From assembly GCA_963717505.1 (NCBI GenBank), contig OY970342.1:1952001-2016000 (forward strand): DNA of 64,000 nucleotides. Direction: 5' to 3'. A model generated the notes under the pieces. The model did no database searches, had not been told where the DNA came from, and was given only the letters and a program-made list of their open reading frames with translations. Origin of the DNA: Candidatus Eiseniibacteriota bacterium. Its GTDB lineage: Bacteria > Eisenbacteria > RBG-16-71-46. This document shows, in pieces, positions 1-8,917 of this stretch (its first letter is position 1; each line of letters opens with the position of its first letter). The translations under genes and the position numbers were made by a program.

Positions 1-1458
1 CTCGAGCTCAAGGACCGTGGCTACGACGTGCTGCTGGTCAACTCGAACCCCGAGACGGTGAGCACCGACTACGATATCTCGAGCCGCCTCTACTTCGAGC
101 CGCTGACCGTCGAGGATGTGCTCAACGTGGTCGACGCCGAGCGCCCGGTCGGCGTGATCGTCCAGCTCGGCGGACAAACCCCGCTCAAACTGGCGAAGTC
201 GCTCCACGAAGCGGGCGTGCCGCTCTGGGGCACCTCGTGGAACGGTCTCGACCTGGCCGAGAATCGCGCGCGCTTCCGCGAAATGCTGGAAGAGCTCGGC
301 TTGCTCCAACCCGAGAGTCTGACCGCCACTTCGCGCGAGCAGGCGATCCACTGCGCGCAGTCGCTCGGCCTGCCGGTGCTGGTCCGGCCGTCCTACGTGC
401 TCGGCGGTCGCGGCATGCGGGTCGTCTATCAGATCTCGGACCTCGAGGAGTGGCTGGTGAGCGAGGCCCTGATCTCGGCCGAGGAGCCGGTGCTGATCGA
501 CAAGTTCCTGGTGGGCGCGATCGAGGTCGACGTCGACGCGATCGCCGACGGCGAGTCGGTGCTGGTCGCGGCGGTCATGGAGCACATCGAGGAGGCCGGG
601 GTCCATTCCGGGGACTCGACGTGCGTGATCCCGCCGTTTACCCTCGGGGAGCACACGCTCAAGGCGGTGCGCGAGGCGACGGTGCGCCTGGCCCAGGCGC
701 TCCAGGTGCGCGGGTTGATCAACGTCCAGTACGCGGTGCGCAACGATCAGGTCTACGTGCTCGAGGCCAATCCGCGCGCTTCGCGCACGGTGCCGTTCGT
801 GAGCAAAGCGATCGGGCTGCCGCTGGCGCGACTGGCGGCGCGGGTGATGGCCGGCGAGCGGCTGGCGGACATGTGTCCGCTGCGTCTTCCCGATCCCGAG
901 TTCGTGAGCGTCAAGAAGCCGGTGTTGCCGTTCGGCCGGTTCCCGGGCGAGGACGCGCTGCTCGGCCCGGAGATGAAGTCGACCGGCGAGGTCATGGGGC
1001 GCGACAAGGACTTCGGCCGGGCGCTGGCCAAGGCCCACCTGGGCTCGGGCGAGCCCCTGCCGCGCGAGGGCGCGGTTTTCCTGAGCGTGCGCGACGATGA
1101 CAAGCGCGCGATCACGTTCATGGCGATGAAACTGGTCGAAATGGGGTATGGACTGGTAGCGACCCGAGGCACGGCCCGGTTCCTCGGGAGGAACGGGGTC
1201 AAATGTCGCGAAGTGTTCAAGGTCCACGAGGGGCGGCCGCACGTGGTGGACCTGATCGAGAATGGAGAGATCCAGTTGGTGCTCAACACGCCGCTCGGCC
1301 GCGCTTCCGAATACGACGAGAAGGCCATCCGCGAGCGTGCGGTTCAGATGGGCGTACCGGTGATCACTACCGTGGCCGGCGCGCTGGCTGCCGTCTCGGG
1401 GATGGAGGCTCTGCGCCGCGGCGCGCTGGGGGTATCGGCGCTCCAGGAGGGCGGGTGA
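1..1458 (+). CDS. carB: Carbamoyl-phosphate synthase large subunit, C-terminal half (5' truncated by window edge)
   Basis: NSNPETVSTDYD, RPSYVLGGRGM, HIEEAGVHSGDS, EANPRASRTVPFVSKA, LGPEMKSTGEVMG and a C-terminal MGS domain. Confidence 0.98.
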   Translation, partial: LELKDRGYDVLLVNSNPETVSTDYDISSRLYFEPLTVEDVLNVVDAERPVGVIVQLGGQTPLKLAKSLHEAGVPLWGTSWNGLDLAENRARFREMLEELGLLQPESLTATSREQAIHCAQSLGLPVLVRPSYVLGGRGMRVVYQISDLEEWLVSEALISAEEPVLIDKFLVGAIEVDVDAIADGESVLVAAVMEHIEEAGVHSGDSTCVIPPFTLGEHTLKAVREATVRLAQALQVRGLINVQYAVRNDQVYVLEANPRASRTVPFVSKAIGLPLARLAARVMAGERLADMCPLRLPDPEFVSVKKPVLPFGRFPGEDALLGPEMKSTGEVMGRDKDFGRALAKAHLGSGEPLPREGAVFLSVRDDDKRAITFMAMKLVEMGYGLVATRGTARFLGRNGVKCREVFKVHEGRPHVVDLIENGEIQLVLNTPLGRASEYDEKAIRERAVQMGVPVITTVAGALAAVSGMEALRRGALGVSALQEGG

Positions 1459-3236
1459 GGCGTTCCGCCGTTGTCGCCGGGCTGGCCCTGATTATCGCCG
1501 CCAGCTCGTGCGCCTACTACAACACGTTCTATCTCGCGCGGAAGAACTACTTCCTGGGCACGGCGGGGGAGCCCTATCCGCTCGACCAGAACGTGCAGAA
1601 TCGCGCGCAGTTCACGCGCTCGATGGATTTCTCGAAGAAACTGTTGAGCCAGTACCCCAAGTCCAAGTGGGTCGACGACGCCTACGTCCTCTGGGCGTGC
1701 TCGCTGCTCGGTCAGGACGATCCGATCAAGACGGTCAGCATGCTCGAGGACTTTCCGGTCCGTTTCCCCAACAGTCCGATTCGCCCGGAAGCCACGTTCT
1801 ACCTCGGGGTCGGCTACCGGCAGTCGCGCAAGTACCGCAACGCCGTCCGAGCGCTCGACGAGTTCCTCGAGCACTCGCCCAAGCACAAGCTCGCACCGTA
1901 CGCGCACTTCGAGCGCGCGCGCTCTCTCATGTCGCTCAACGAGCCGGCGGAGGCCGCGCAGGCGGCGTCGCGGGTGCTCGAAGACTTCCCGAAGAGCAAG
2001 CTGGCGAACCGCGCGCGGATCACGCGCGCCGACGCCCGATTCGAGGCTCGCGACTACGAACAGGCGCGCCTCGACTATCGGTACCTCGGCCAGCGCGCGG
2101 CCACCGACGAGGAGCGCCTGCGGTTCCTGTTGCGCGAGGCGGACTGCCTCGAGTCGGGCCAGCAGTACGAAGAAGCGTTGGCGCTGCTCGGTGATGCCAT
2201 CAGCTACGAGCGCCCGCCGGTGCTGAGCGACACGACCGGTGGCCGGGTCGCGCAGGTGCAGCAGGTTCCCGGCTATGACCGCTACGGCCGGCTTCTGATC
2301 CGGATCGGCACGGTCCACCTCTCCGCCGGACGCCTGCAGTTGGCACTCGATGCCTACGGCCGCGTGGTCGAGGACTACCCGCGCGACGGTCTGGCGCACG
2401 AAGCGCAATTCCGGATCGGCTACGCGTACGAAACCCTGGGGGACGACTTCGACCGGGCACGCACCGAGTACCAGACGGCGCGCGTTCAGGGCGGACAGGT
2501 GGGGTTCGGTATCCAGGCCGAAGAGCGGCTCAAGAACCTCGAACGACTCGCGCAATTCCGCGGTGAGGGTCAGGACTCCACCGAGCGCCAGGTCGAAGCC
2601 GGCTTCCTGCTCGCCGAACAGTATCTGTTCCAGCTCGACAAGCCCGAACGCGCGCTCGAGGAGTACCAGAAGATCGCGCGTGAGAATCCGGGCACCGCCG
2701 CAGCGGCCAAGGCGCTCAACGCCCAGGCGTGGGTGCTGTCGCGGAAATACAAACGGAATGCCGAGGCGGATTCGATCTTCTGGTACGTGATCCACAACCA
2801 TCCGGCGACCGAGGCGCAATTGGCGGCCCGGGACTATCTCGAGATGACCGGCAAGGAAGTGCCGGCCGAACTGATCAAGCTGCCCGAGCCACCGATCGTG
2901 GCTCAGGACACGATGCCCGAGCTGACCCCGGTGCCCGAGAGCGTGCCCGGGATCGGCGAGCTTCCTCAGGCGGACAGCCTTACGCGCCTCGGCCGATCGC
3001 CCGCGCCCCCGGGTGTCGCGCCCGATCAGGCGCCACCGGACCCCGGGTTCGAACCCGACGAGCCGGTGCTGGCGCCGGCGGTGATCGCCGCGGATTCGTT
3101 GCGCCGGCTGGGTAGCGACAGCACCGCGACCGCCCCGGACACCGCCAAGACCCGCCCGACGATGCCGGATTCACTGCCGCCGCCGCAGCGGCCCGTGCCA
3201 CAACCTCCCGACACTTCACGGAAGCTCGAGAAGTGA
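1455..3236 (+). CDS. TPR-repeat lipoprotein (PorW/SprE- or BamD-like) with Pro-rich C-terminal tail
   Basis: GTG at 1455 overlaps the carB stop (GTGA) with GGAGG upstream; signal peptide with lipobox ASS-C followed by AYYNTFY; repeated TPR helices (YPKSKWVDDA, FPNSPIRPEA, YPRDGLAHEAQFRIG). Confidence 0.8.
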   Translation: MRRSAVVAGLALIIAASSCAYYNTFYLARKNYFLGTAGEPYPLDQNVQNRAQFTRSMDFSKKLLSQYPKSKWVDDAYVLWACSLLGQDDPIKTVSMLEDFPVRFPNSPIRPEATFYLGVGYRQSRKYRNAVRALDEFLEHSPKHKLAPYAHFERARSLMSLNEPAEAAQAASRVLEDFPKSKLANRARITRADARFEARDYEQARLDYRYLGQRAATDEERLRFLLREADCLESGQQYEEALALLGDAISYERPPVLSDTTGGRVAQVQQVPGYDRYGRLLIRIGTVHLSAGRLQLALDAYGRVVEDYPRDGLAHEAQFRIGYAYETLGDDFDRARTEYQTARVQGGQVGFGIQAEERLKNLERLAQFRGEGQDSTERQVEAGFLLAEQYLFQLDKPERALEEYQKIARENPGTAAAAKALNAQAWVLSRKYKRNAEADSIFWYVIHNHPATEAQLAARDYLEMTGKEVPAELIKLPEPPIVAQDTMPELTPVPESVPGIGELPQADSLTRLGRSPAPPGVAPDQAPPDPGFEPDEPVLAPAVIAADSLRRLGSDSTATAPDTAKTRPTMPDSLPPPQRPVPQPPDTSRKLEK

Positions 3237-4186
3237 GCGGCGTGCGCGACCAGTCCCGGACCCACGCCGCAAAGTCCGTGGCGGAATCGCGCGCGCCAAT
3301 CGGCTGGCGGCAAATGGTGGCCACGGTTTCGACACACGAGGACCGAGGCGCCGGACACTTCTGGCTCGACCTCGACATTCCAGCACCCTTCGCGCGCCCG
3401 CTTCCCGGGCAGTTCGTTCAACTCCTGCTCGGACCCGAGGCGACGGGTGCCCTGCTGCCGCGACCGATGAGTGTCGCCGGCGTGAAGCCGCGCGGTCGTG
3501 GGTGGCGGGTGGGCTTTCTCTACGCACCGGTGGGTCTGGGCACGGGTTCGCTGGCGCGACTTCGCCCCGGGGATCGGGTCGAAGTCCTCGGTCCGCTCGG
3601 GCGCGGCTATCCGCTCGGCGAGCCCGGAACCCCGGTGCTGGTCGCCGGCGGACGCGGCGTCGCACCGCTGCTGCTGGCCGCAGATACCCTGGCCGACTCG
3701 CGCGCGGGCCGGAACGGAGATCGCTCCGGTCGTCGCTGCGAGTTCCTGTTCGGCGCGCGTTCGGCGTCCCATCTGGTCGGGTTGTCCGATGCCAAGCGGC
3801 GACTCGCGCGCCTGGGGGGGCGTCTCCATCTGTGCACCGACGACGGCTCGCGCGGCCTGCGCGGCAACGTCGTTCAGCTGCTCGATCGCGTGGTCGAAGA
3901 CGTCGAGGGCCCGATCGTGATCCACGCCTGCGGGCCACACGGCATGCTGCGCGCCGTGGCCGAGTGGGCGATCGCACGGGGCACGCGCGCCCATCTCGCG
4001 ATGGAGTCGATGATGGCGTGCGGCACCGGTGTGTGCCGCGGCTGCCCGTTGCCGCGCAGCGACGCGGCGCGACGCGCCTTCGCGCCCCGGACGCCCTCGC
4101 TGTTCGGCAATGCCGACTACGCGATGTGCTGCACCGAGGGTCCGGTGTTCGAGGCGCGCGAGCTGGACTGGGAGCGGGTCGCGTGA
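3233..4186 (+). CDS. pyrK: Dihydroorotate dehydrogenase electron transfer subunit
   Basis: PGQFVQL, LPRPMS FAD motif, GPLGRG, AGGRGVAPL, MACGTGVCRGC and CTEGPVF 2Fe-2S motifs; directly upstream of pyrD. Confidence 0.93.
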   Translation: MSGVRDQSRTHAAKSVAESRAPIGWRQMVATVSTHEDRGAGHFWLDLDIPAPFARPLPGQFVQLLLGPEATGALLPRPMSVAGVKPRGRGWRVGFLYAPVGLGTGSLARLRPGDRVEVLGPLGRGYPLGEPGTPVLVAGGRGVAPLLLAADTLADSRAGRNGDRSGRRCEFLFGARSASHLVGLSDAKRRLARLGGRLHLCTDDGSRGLRGNVVQLLDRVVEDVEGPIVIHACGPHGMLRAVAEWAIARGTRAHLAMESMMACGTGVCRGCPLPRSDAARRAFAPRTPSLFGNADYAMCCTEGPVFEARELDWERVA

Positions 4187-5238
4187 CGCCGCTCGATCTC
4201 GCGGTCCGGATCGGGCCCTTGAGGCTCGCGAACCCGGTGCTGGTCGCTTCCGGCACGTTCGGCTACGGCGACGAGTACGCGCACGTCGTGGATCCGCGGA
4301 AGCTGGGGGGCGTGATCACCAAGACGGTGACGCTGAAGCCGCGGGTCGGGAATCCACCCGAGCGCATCGCCGAGACCGCGGGCGGCATGCTCAACTCGAT
4401 CGGTCTCGAGAACGTCGGGCTCGCGAAGTTCCGCTCGGAGAAGGTGCCGAAGCTCGCCGGGCTGGGTGCGACCATCGTCGCCTCGATCGGCGGCGACACC
4501 GCCGGCGATCTGGAGAAGCTGCTCGGTGAACTCGCAGGTCTCTCCGCGATCGCGGCGTTCGAGATCAACTTCTCGTGCCCGAACGTCGCCAAAGGCGGTG
4601 CGCGCTACTGGACGCTGCCGCGCCGGCTCGAGACCACGATGCGCCGCCTGCGCCCGATCACGCGCAAGGCCCTGATCGCGAAGCTTTCGCCGGACGTGAC
4701 CGCGATCGGCGACCAGGCGCGCGCCTGCGAGCAGGGCGGCGCCGACGCGCTGACCGCGGTGAACACGTTCGTCGGCATGGCGGTCGACCTCGGGACCGGC
4801 CGCTCGCGGCTCAACCGCGCGACCGGCGGCCTGTCGGGTCCGGCGATCAAGCCGCTGGCGCTCGCGCGCTGCCACGAATGCGCGCAGGCGGTTCGGATTC
4901 CGATCCTGGGCTCGGGCGGGATCTCGACGGGGCACGACGCGCTCGAGTTCCTCGCGGTCGGCGCCACCGCGGTCCAGGTCGGTACGCGATCGTTCGTGCG
5001 CCCGCGCGCGGCACTCGAGGTGCTGGACGAGATGTCGGCGATGCTGCGGGCCGCGGGCGCCAAGTCGATCGACGGGTGGCGCCGGCGGCTGGCGGGGCAA
5101 GCCGCGGTGCATGGACCGGGGCACGGCAGCGGGCCGTCCCTGGTGGTCGAGCCCAAGGGACCGGCTGGGCACGAGGCCGGCGACGACGAAACGCCCGATG
5201 CCGGATATGCCCCCGTCCGTGGTGGAGCGCGACGGTGA
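4183..5238 (+). CDS. pyrD: Dihydroorotate dehydrogenase, family 1B catalytic subunit
   Basis: NPVLVASGTFGYG, GMLNSIGLEN, EINFSCPN, KLSPDVT, GGLSGPAIKP; GTG overlaps the pyrK stop. Confidence 0.95.
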   Translation: MTPLDLAVRIGPLRLANPVLVASGTFGYGDEYAHVVDPRKLGGVITKTVTLKPRVGNPPERIAETAGGMLNSIGLENVGLAKFRSEKVPKLAGLGATIVASIGGDTAGDLEKLLGELAGLSAIAAFEINFSCPNVAKGGARYWTLPRRLETTMRRLRPITRKALIAKLSPDVTAIGDQARACEQGGADALTAVNTFVGMAVDLGTGRSRLNRATGGLSGPAIKPLALARCHECAQAVRIPILGSGGISTGHDALEFLAVGATAVQVGTRSFVRPRAALEVLDEMSAMLRAAGAKSIDGWRRRLAGQAAVHGPGHGSGPSLVVEPKGPAGHEAGDDETPDAGYAPVRGGARR

Positions 5239-5972
5239 GCACCCCCGAGTTCGCGATCGCCTTCGACGTCGCGACTCTCGAACGGGCGCTGGCACTCGAC
5301 GCCCGGCTCGGAAGCGGGCCAGAGTACGCGAAGGTCGGACTCCAGCTCTTCACCCAGGCGGGCCCGGAGGCCGTGCGCGCGCTGACCTCGCGCGGGCGCC
5401 GCGTGTTCCTCGACTTGAAGCTCCACGACATCCCGAACACGGTGGCCGGAGCTGCGGGTGAAGCCGCGAAGCTCGGCGCCGATCTGTTGACCGTGCACGC
5501 CGCAGGCGGCGACGCCATGATCCGCGCCGCGGTCGACGGCATTGCGCGCGCCGGCGGACGCACGCGCGTGGTCGCGGTCACCGTGCTCACCAGCCTCGAT
5601 CCCGCGGCCATGCCGCCCGGGTTTGCCACGCCGTTCGCGATGGCCGAGGTCCAGGCGCAATTGCTGGCGATGTCCCTCGCCGCCGGTGCGGCCGGCATCG
5701 TGTGCTCGGCCGCCGATCTGCCGGAGCTGCGGCGCCGTCACCCGCAGCCGTTCTACGCCGTGACCCCCGGCATCCGGCCGGCCGGTGAATCGGCCCAGGA
5801 TCAGAAGCGGGTGGCGACCGTGGCCGAAGCCGTGGCTGCCGGCGCCAGCCTGTTGGTGCTCGGCCGTGCGGTGACCGCGCACGCCGACCCGCGCGCCGCA
5901 CTGCAGCGGGCGCGCGACGAGCGCGACGGTGCGGCTACTTCATCCGCGACTCGATCCTCGGGTCGGGGATGA
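5235..5972 (+). CDS. pyrF: Orotidine-5'-phosphate decarboxylase
   Basis: KVGLQLF, FLDLKLHDIPNTV, LTVHAAGG, VTVLTS, VTPGIRP, DQKRV. Confidence 0.96.
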   Translation: MSTPEFAIAFDVATLERALALDARLGSGPEYAKVGLQLFTQAGPEAVRALTSRGRRVFLDLKLHDIPNTVAGAAGEAAKLGADLLTVHAAGGDAMIRAAVDGIARAGGRTRVVAVTVLTSLDPAAMPPGFATPFAMAEVQAQLLAMSLAAGAAGIVCSAADLPELRRRHPQPFYAVTPGIRPAGESAQDQKRVATVAEAVAAGASLLVLGRAVTAHADPRAALQRARDERDGAATSSATRSSGRG

Positions 5973-6507
5973 GCCACATCGCGGCGACGAACACGTAGAG
6001 CCCGATCGAGATCCAGGGATTCAGGAACGCGAGGGGAATCGCCGAGGCATAGGACGCCAGCGACAGCTTGGCCTTGCCGTCCCGGCCGACTGCCGAAGCC
6101 AGGATCGACTCCGAGCCGTGGTGGGCGATGATCGCGTTCTGGAGGATGGTGTAGGCGATCGCCGCCGCCAGCATGACCACGCCATAGAGCGCGGTGGGCA
6201 GCGGCTGGTAGTGGTTCTCGCCCATCCAGCCGGTGACGAACGGGGTCAGCGAGAGCCAGAACAGCAGATGCATGTTCGCCCACAGGATCCGGCCGTTGAT
6301 TCGGCTGGCGGCATGCAGCATGTGATGGTGGTTGTTCCAATAGATGGCGAGGATGATGAAGCTGAGCACGTAGGTCAGGAAGACCGGGGTCAGCGGCCGG
6401 AGAGCGGCCCAGTCGGCGCCGTGCGGGATCTTGAGCTCGAGCACCAGGATGGTGATGATGATCGCGATGACGGCATCGCTGAACGCTTCGAGTCGGGTCT
6501 TGGTCAC
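5935..6507 (-). CDS. TMEM175-family (DUF1211) potassium channel
   Basis: RLEAFSDAVIAIIITILVLE signature, YVLSF, YWNNHHHM; six TM segments; probable GTG start at 6507. Confidence 0.92.
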   Translation of the reverse strand: MTKTRLEAFSDAVIAIIITILVLELKIPHGADWAALRPLTPVFLTYVLSFIILAIYWNNHHHMLHAASRINGRILWANMHLLFWLSLTPFVTGWMGENHYQPLPTALYGVVMLAAAIAYTILQNAIIAHHGSESILASAVGRDGKAKLSLASYASAIPLAFLNPWISIGLYVFVAAMWLIPDPRIESRMK

Positions 6508-6575
6508 CGCGGGCGATCCTGACCGGGCAGCCGGCCAGGATGCAAATCGGAACAGCCCAACGGCCCATTCCATCC

Positions 6576-6604
6576 TTGACAGCCGGGCCGTCCGGCCGTA
6601 CCCG
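6576..6604 (+). promoter_or_regulatory. Putative sigma70-type promoter for the ECF sigma gene (TTGACA-N17-TACCCG), possibly leaderless
   Basis: Perfect TTGACA at 6576-6581; weak -10 at 6599-6604; ATG at 6612 lies 7 nt downstream. Confidence 0.4.
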
Positions 6605-6611
6605 TCCGGGA

Positions 6612-7250
6612 ATGTCGCCCGAGCCGCGGCGTAAAGACTCCGTTCAGGCGCCCGACGAGTCGGCGCTGGTGGTCGCCGCCCAGGGCGGCGACGAAGACGC
6701 CTTCGCGGCCATTGTCCGGCTCCATCAGCGCACGATCTACGGGGTGGCCTGGGGGCTGACCCGGAATGCCGCCGACGCGGACGATCTGTCGCAGGAGACG
6801 TTCGTGCGCGCATGGCGGGCGCTCGGGCGCTTCCGGGTCGGGGAGCCGCTCAGACCCTGGCTGACCCGGATCGCGGTCAACTTGGCGTACTCGTTGTTCC
6901 GGAGGCGCAAACGCCGGCCGGAAACAGCGATCGAGCCCTTGGAGGAAGCCGGGATGCAGTGGGCGGCGACGGACGATCCGGTCGCGGAAGCCGAAGGGCG
7001 GGAGCAGTCCGCGCGTCTGAACGCGGCACTGGCCGGATTGTCCGAGGACCATCGCACCATCCTGGTCCTGCGTGTGGTGCAGGATCTGTCGTACGAAGAG
7101 ATCGCCAAGACGCTGGAAGTGCCGGCGGGCACAGTGATGTCGCGGCTGTCGCGGGCCCGCGCCGAGCTGCGCGCGCTCCTGGCCGGGCCGAAGGGGCCGG
7201 GGCCATCACCCCGTGAAGTCGCCGTAGTGCCGAAGAAAGCGAGTTCATGA
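6612..7250 (+). CDS. ECF RNA polymerase sigma factor
   Basis: Region 2 (DADDLSQETFVRAW, WLTRIAVN) and region 4 (LSYEEIAKTLEVPAGTVMSRLSRAR); start 6612 preferred over 6540. Confidence 0.93.
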   Translation: MSPEPRRKDSVQAPDESALVVAAQGGDEDAFAAIVRLHQRTIYGVAWGLTRNAADADDLSQETFVRAWRALGRFRVGEPLRPWLTRIAVNLAYSLFRRRKRRPETAIEPLEEAGMQWAATDDPVAEAEGREQSARLNAALAGLSEDHRTILVLRVVQDLSYEEIAKTLEVPAGTVMSRLSRARAELRALLAGPKGPGPSPREVAVVPKKASS

Positions 7251-8803
7251 GCCATCTGAGTCCGGATCAACTGAGCGCTTACATCGACGGCGCGCTTGCC
7301 GACACCGATCGCGAGGAAGCCGAACGCCACTTCGCGACCTGCGCCGAGTGTCTGCAGGAGCTGTCCGAAATGGCACGCGTTCACCGGCAGCTCGAGTCCA
7401 CCCTGACGCACGATCCGGGTGAGGCCTACTTCGAGTCGTTCGCCGGGCGGGTTCAGGAGCGCATTCGGTCCGACTCGGTGCTGGTCCAGGCGGCGCGCCC
7501 GGGCACGAAGCCCCGTCGAGGTGCGGGCTTTCTCGATCGACTGAGTGGCTGGCTCAGCGGACCGCGGCTGGCGTGGGCCGGAACCGCAGCAGCGGTGATC
7601 ATCGGCGCCGGAGTCGTATTCATGGTCTCGCGCCAGGCACCGATCCGATCCCCCGGGAGCGCCGACCTCGAGGCGCGCTCCGGACAGGTGGCAGGACGCG
7701 CGGAATCGACTCCGAGCCCGGCGACAGTACCGCTCGCGAAACGGGAGAATGCCCCACCACCGGGAGGGCTCGAAGAGCTGTCGGCCGAGAGTGCGCCGAC
7801 CGAAGCCGACGGCGACGACGCCCTGAAGCTGGGTGAGTCGAAAGAGACCGATCGGCTGGCAGCGGGTGCCAGGGCGGACCAGGCGGTCGTGGCTCCTGCG
7901 CCGGCCGACGAGCGTGCCGGGGCGCCCCCGCGGCCGGCCGCAACCGGATCGCTGTTCGCGGCACCGCCGCCCGCCGCGGGGAAGACTTCGACCGCACCGT
8001 TGGTGTCGCAGGAAAAGGCGGAGATCGAGAAGAACCGGGCGCGGGAGATGCAGCGGCTCGAGGGCGAGAGCGTCGCGGTTCCCGAGGCCACGGCGCAGAA
8101 GGGCGCGCCTCCGCCCAGCTCGGGCATGGCGAACGAGGCCGCTCCGCACAAGGATGCCGCCGCGCGCGCCAAGACCCAGCAGGCCCGACAGGCGGCCGAG
8201 CCGCTCCAGTCGAGCAGTGCCACCCGCGTGTGCGGGACCGTGCGCGACGACAGCGGGCGGCCGGTGTCGGGTGCTCAGGTCGTGATTGCCGACCTCGGGG
8301 TCACCGCTCGCTCGGACGCATCGGGTGGTTTCTGCGTCGACGCACCGGCTGGTGAGCACACCCTCGCGGTGATGGCTGTCGGATTCGCCGAGTCGCGCCG
8401 CAACGTCGAAGTCGGAACGCGAACGCCCACGGTCGACTTCACGTTGGCCGCGGTGTCGGTGCTGGCCGACGCCAAGCGCACGCAATGGCCGGAGCCGGCG
8501 CGCGACCTCGCGGCCGACGCCGAGCGCGGCACGAGTCGGGCCATTACGACCAACACCGCGGCCTCCTGGGACTCGGTGGCGCTCTTGTGGAGCAAGACCG
8601 CGGCGGCGCTACCCGCCGGCGAGGCACAGATCCAGGCGCGGGCCAGTCTGGCGGAAGCGCGCTATCGCGCCTGGAAGCTGTCGCCGACTCCCGGTCGCAC
8701 CGGTGTCGCGGCAGCAGCACTCCAGTCCTACCTGGAGGTCGTGCCGCAGGGCGCGGCGCGGCGCAAGGCGCAACAGCGGCTCGACGAGGTCGAGCAGCGT
8801 TAG
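7247..8803 (+). CDS. Zinc-finger (ZAS/zf-HC2) anti-sigma factor with TM helix, long linker and carboxypeptidase-regulatory-like domain
   Basis: HLSPDQLSAYIDG...HFATCAEC; TM AGTAAAVIIGAGVVFMV; GTVRDDSGRPVSGAQV...SDASGGF beta-sandwich motif; ATGA coupling to the sigma gene. Confidence 0.85.
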   Translation: MSHLSPDQLSAYIDGALADTDREEAERHFATCAECLQELSEMARVHRQLESTLTHDPGEAYFESFAGRVQERIRSDSVLVQAARPGTKPRRGAGFLDRLSGWLSGPRLAWAGTAAAVIIGAGVVFMVSRQAPIRSPGSADLEARSGQVAGRAESTPSPATVPLAKRENAPPPGGLEELSAESAPTEADGDDALKLGESKETDRLAAGARADQAVVAPAPADERAGAPPRPAATGSLFAAPPPAAGKTSTAPLVSQEKAEIEKNRAREMQRLEGESVAVPEATAQKGAPPPSSGMANEAAPHKDAAARAKTQQARQAAEPLQSSSATRVCGTVRDDSGRPVSGAQVVIADLGVTARSDASGGFCVDAPAGEHTLAVMAVGFAESRRNVEVGTRTPTVDFTLAAVSVLADAKRTQWPEPARDLAADAERGTSRAITTNTAASWDSVALLWSKTAAALPAGEAQIQARASLAEARYRAWKLSPTPGRTGVAAAALQSYLEVVPQGAARRKAQQRLDEVEQR

Positions 8804-8917
8804 GGCTTCCCCCGGCGGACTTTCCCGCTTGTCTCGGGACCACGGTTCGGCCAACCTGTCCCGCCGCCCACAACCGGGCGTTCCGCTCTTCCGAGCCTTC
8901 CCACCAGGAGCCATCCC

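Noticed and set aside
5935-5972. 3' overlaps of convergent genes (pyrF/TMEM175; also 23242-23256 and 41375-41402)
   Set aside because: Short tail overlaps are ordinary in compact high-GC genomes
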